Source: Octopus sinensis
Taxonomy: Eukaryota
Reading direction: 5' to 3'
DNA length: 64,000 nucleotides
NCBI RefSeq assembly: GCF_006345805.1
Contig: NC_043012.1
Location: forward strand, 21,576,001-21,640,000
In this document: positions 59,224 to 64,000 of the stretch, piece after piece
How the letters are laid out: each line of letters begins with the position of its first letter
Numbering within the stretch: the first letter of the stretch is position 1
The notes under the pieces: generated by a model
Told to the model about the DNA's origin: nothing
Databases searched by the model: none
The model's input: the letters and a program-made list of their open reading frames with translations, nothing else
Program-made: the position numbers and the translations under genes

Positions 59224-60539
59224 ATATCTTGAGTTCTGCCTCATGTTTAAAGTATTTAGTGATTAATTAGGACACTGTATAACCCGATTTTAGTCCTTTG
59301 ATAGCAACTGTTATTTCCTATTTGCTTATCGCTAGAAAGTATGAAAAATGGCTAATATTTCCTTCAATTTTAGCTTTTGTTACATTCATCCAGACCTCTA
59401 AAAATTCCCCTCAGTACGTGGCTATGACGCTCTTCCACTACTCCTGCTCATGATCAGAGATGTACAAATTGTCAACCACTAAGAGTCATGCTCAAGTGGT
59501 TAAGGTCAAGTAACTGACAAGCAAAATCTGTGGTATTGAATAGAATATTTGCTATAACGATATTTCTGCTTCAGCAACTCAGTGCTGAAGCTGTCTGAAA
59601 TGTAATGGAAAATAGGTCAGTTTCAAAACATTGATGTCCAGGTTAATAAAAGCAAAGTTTGAAGGGAATAGGAGTGATTTCCTTTGATTTCTAGATAGAA
59701 GCAAACAAGAAATAGCGCTTACTGACCAAGGACAAAACAAATATATAAATAAGTAAGTAGAAATTTTGTTACACAGTGTAATTGGTCGTGGTTTCATCGT
59801 CGTTGTAATATGTGAGTGAAGGTCAAGAAGACGAGCTAGCAGAATCGCAACCGCGTCGGTCAAAAACCGGCATTTCGTCCGGCTTTACGTTCTGAGTTCA
59901 AATTCTGCTGTGGTCGACTTTACCTTTTACCCTTTCGGTGCCGACAAAATAATTACCAGTGAAGGACTGAGGTCGATGATATCGACTAACACCATCCCAG
60001 CAAAACTGCTTTAAGTAGAAACAGTTATTATTGTTGAGCTTGTCTAGCAGGATCGTTGGTGCGCCGAACAAAATGCTAAGCAGCATTTCTCTCTGTTTTA
60101 GATTCTGAGTCCAAATTCCGCAGAGGTCGATTTTTGCCTTTCATCCTTTCGGGGGTTGACAAAATAAGTACCAGGTGAGCACTGGGGGACAATGTACACG
60201 ACTAGCACCCTCCTCCCAAAATTTCAGGCCTTGTGCCAAAGGCAGAAGGAAAGAAAAAAGAGTATCGTTATTTGAGCGGAACCTTAAGTTTCCTGCCTTG
60301 CGCGCTCGTGTTTCTGTGTGAGAATCGGAACGACGTCTGTAGAAAATACGAAACCAATTTTCAAGGAAGTGAATAATCGGAATGCTACTCTGTTCGAAGG
60401 ATGTATGGATGATCGAATGACTGGATATGAAAGGAGAACATTTTTGCTATGTATGTTATGCATTCCCCAACCTGTTACATTTTACAACTAACTACCCTTA
60501 TATCTCTCGTTTACCAACACCCGTATCTCACATTTTCTA

Positions 60540-60885
60540 ATTTCTTCTTCTTCTTCTTCTTCTTCTTCTTCTTCTTCTTCTTCTTTCTTCTTCTTTTTCT
60601 CTTCTTCTCTTCTTCTTCTTCCTCCTCCTCTTCTTCTTCTCTTCTTCTTCTTCTTTTCTTCTTTCTTCTTCTTTTCTTCTTCTTCTTCTTTCTTCTTCTT
60701 CTTCCTTCTTCTTCTCTTCTTCTCTTCTTCTTCTCTTCTTCTTCTTCCTCCTCCTCTTCTTCTTCTTCTTCTTCTTCTTCTCTTCTTCTTCTTCTTCGTC
60801 CTCTTCTTCTTCTTCTTCGTCTCTTCTTCTTCTTTCTTCTTCTTCTTCTCTTCTTCTCTTCTTCTTCTTCTTCTTCTTCTTCTTT
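60540..60885. repeat. ~345-bp pure polypyrimidine (CTT/CTC)n tract
   Basis: Direct reading. Explains the poly-E/K/R and poly-F/S/L ORFs. Confidence 0.97.
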
Positions 60886-61052
60886 CATTCCATTCTCACT
60901 CTCCTTTTTCTTTCCAGTCTCACTCTCCCCTCCTTCCTTTTTGTCATCACTTTTTCTTATGTCGAGCTTCATTTTATAGAAGCATTACAAACTTTTCTAC
61001 TCCCTTTCACTCTCCCTGTCTTGAAGATATACTCTCTTTTTACTAACTTATA

Positions 61053-61622
61053 AAAGAAATACACAGAGAAAAATCCCAGCAATGGTTGAGAAGCTCAGGA
61101 CTCAAAGCAGAGACTGAAGGATTCTTAGTCGCAGCCCAAGACCAAAACCTCCCCACCAGAAAGTACCAAAAGCATATAATGAAAAGAAACATAACAAGTA
61201 ACTGCAGGATATGTGGAGATGGACAAGAAACAATAAATCATATTATCTCTGGCTGCCCAGTCCTGGCTAAGAAGGAACATATTCACAGACACGACTGAGT
61301 TGGGACCTACATACACTGGAAGTTATGCCAACACTATGGAATAAAAACAGAAAAAAGATGGTATAAGCACACGCCAGAAAAGGTCACAGAAAACGAGAAA
61401 GTAACCATACTACGGGATATGCCAATACACACAGATAGAGAAATTAAGGCCAACAGGCCAGATATAGTTGTCAGAGATCATGAGGAAAAAATGCTTTCTA
61501 ATTGATGTATCAATACCAGCAGATGACAACGTGTCTCTAAAAGAAATGGAGAAACTTTCAAAATACAAAGACCGGGAAATGGAGGTAACTCGGATGTGGA
61601 ATCTAAAAACAGAAACAATTCC
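61053..61622 (+). mobile_element. R4/Dong-type LINE fragment (CCHC + REL domain), family distinct from 45995-49476
   Basis: QWLRSSGLKAETEGFLVAAQDQ...CRICGDGQETINHIISGCPVLAKKEHIHRHD...[11 protein letters not shown]...LIDVSIP...EKLSKY. Truncated by (TAGA)n at 61623-61755. Confidence 0.88.
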
Positions 61623-61688
61623 TAGATAGATAGACAGACAGATAGATAGGTAGATAGAACGATAGATAGACAGACAGACAGACAGACT

Positions 61689-61758
<70 letters not shown>

Positions 61759-62222
61759 GTTTTTATGAAGGTGAAGCAGTCTTTGAGTTTGGTGTCTAAG
61801 TTACTTGCAGATAACGCTTGCGCGAAAAGTTAAGGAGAAACGAAGAATGCTTTCCTTCTGCATAGCAGTGAGTGTTGTTAGAAAGAAGAATATCATAGGT
61901 TGGTTCGTCAATGTTCAGAGGGAAGCGTATGAAGATGTTACGGAACCTTGCTTGCTCCATAGTTAATATAGTGGAGTTCCCAGAGAGCTCCAAAACAACA
62001 GGCTAACGAGGAGGGATCCGACTGGAAAATACCAATCCAAAAGACGAAACACGGTCCAAGCCCATCGGTCGACAGCTTAACTAAAACATCCATGTGCCAG
62101 ACAATCTGGAACATTAATTTCTAGATTTTTGCTGTTATCAAATGCAAATTCTCGAGTTTGTGAGACCATTGGTGAGAGATGGAAAGCAAACTCAACTTGC
62201 AAGCATACACACACACACACAC

Positions 62223-62258
<36 letters not shown>

Positions 62259-62363
62259 CACACACACAGACATACCTCAGTTTGCCTCAGGAACTGGTTC
62301 AAGACATGCGAAAAAAGATAGATAAAAAACCCCACTGAAATACATAAAAAGAAAAAATACACA

Positions 62364-62408
<45 letters not shown>

Positions 62409-64000
62409 AGACGTCGGAGAGAAAGAGATAATAATAGCGAAATGTTTGCAGAGGATAGTGTTAAACTCGTCGGTGCATTATTTGAGGTTAATGAAACATA
62501 AATTGTCTGAACTGTCTGATCTTCTGACCTTCTTTGTCTGAAGCGGTCAGAATTGTGTTGTGTATTTGTGTTAATGGCGGTAAGACTACAGAACGGTCAA
62601 CGAACCTTTTAGAAAAGTGTTATCAAATGTATACAACGTGGCATTGGCTGCAAAAAGGGACAACAAACGTAGAAGTTTTCATTACAGTACATCTAAATAT
62701 AGAAAGATTTTGGTTGAGGTGTGGTGAATTAATGTAAATTCCATTGAGTTAACCAAGATTATTTTGGCAAGGAACCAGAAGAACCAGCTGCAGTTTGTGA
62801 GATGAAAAAGCCGGAAAGTTATGGGGCTCATAAAGGATTAATCGTCTTTTCGGACAATAGTCTTACAGAAATGACCGTAAGAGGTGTAAATTATTTTCTC
62901 GGCCGTAAGAAATTACCGTAAGAGGTGTAAGTTATTTTCAAGGCGGCGAGCTGGCAGAAACGTTAGCACGTCGGGCGAAATGCGTAGCCGTATTTCGTCT
63001 GCTGTTACATTCTGAGTTCAAATTCCGCCGAGGTCGACTTTGCCTTTCATCCTTTCGGGGTCGATAAATTAAGTACCAGTTACGCACTGGGGTCGATATC
63101 TGTCCTTGTTTGTCCCCTCTGTGTTTAGCCCCTTGTTGGTAGTAAAGAAATAATTATTTTCTCGGTCGTGGTCAGTAGGATTTACTTGGTGATATATGGC
63201 CGTATTGTGGTAGCACCACTACGTCTAAACCACTTGGTGGTTTGGGGGTTGTGGCTTTTGATTGTACGAGAGGATGGCTTTGGTTATCTGCTTCCTTGTT
63301 TCAGATGGGTCAAGGGGGAAGTATATTTTATTGCCAGTGAGAGTTGGCGTAAAACTGGCGGAGTTCCCTGCGGATAGTGAACCGTAAGGTTCGGGAGAAG
63401 TTGACCAATGTGTGGCTATGTAGGGGGTAGTATTCGTATAGCAGAGATCATACAGACGATCTGATAGATGCAGAAATGATGATAATCTGTTAAAGGCTAG
63501 GATTAGCGGGATCAGAAAGTGATTAGGAGTGCTTAGGTTATCTGAATGTAAGAGAAACGAATTGATTGTAATAACGTCATATGTATATCATACTTAATGC
63601 AAATACATCGTGAAAAGACAAATTTATGGCAGTATTTGTCCAGGGTGATATCCCTTATGGATGTACTGTGTTTAAAAACGTAAAAGACATATCAGAAGCA
63701 GACGAAAATCATCTAAGAGTGGCGCTGTGAATGCTAGATATACTTTTCTGCTTTCTGGGCTTTGTCAGTAGCATGCTTTCACTGCCAATCTCATACTAAG
63801 ACAAAATCCGTCGCTACTGATATAAGGAGACAGTGACTGAAACATCACTGATTTTGCGATTAGCCGCCCAGCTAATTAAATATCCATCATACGCAACAGA
63901 AGTAGCATTAGATTAAATTAGCTATTTGCGCATCATACTTAATGCAGATACATTGTGAAAAGGCTAATACAGCATCTGTTTCATATAATGCATAAGAATA

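Noticed and set aside
63587-63962. 31-bp direct repeat (63587-63617 / 63932-63962) and other short spaced repeats; CRISPR-like arrangement considered
   Set aside because: Only two copies 345 bp apart in a eukaryotic context; no array structure anywhere in the window.

Overview
Eukaryotic, AT-rich, repeat-dense genomic DNA. The SINE and microsatellite repertoire suggests an octopus or other coleoid cephalopod (inference). Two protein-coding genes can be supported, both on the + strand. The first is the last two exons of the mitochondrial m5C RNA methyltransferase NSUN4 (396-520, 5288-5564). The second is a complete six-exon, 217-aa ORF (24547-38565) encoding an N-terminal hydrophobic segment plus a stand-alone HspQ/YccV-like domain; only three of its six exons appear in the ORF track. 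The rest is a transposon mosaic: several tRNA-derived SINE families, RTE, CR1, R4/Dong and HERO-like LINE fragments, a decayed DD35D pogo element, a DD37D maT fragment, Merlin-type MITEs with 8-bp TSDs, a long-TIR MITE with a 7-bp TSD, a non-autonomous Helitron and many microsatellites. The most striking unexplained layer is a set of Penelope-style inverted-duplication elements carrying minimal type I hammerhead ribozyme folds (seven sites, five sequence families). One fold has a compensatory G3:C8 swap of the catalytic-core pair. One family couples a tRNA-derived Pol III head, a microsatellite spacer, a hammerhead tail and an inverted 5' copy inside 12-13 bp TSDs. All assignments were made by eye without database searches; SINE boundaries are approximate.
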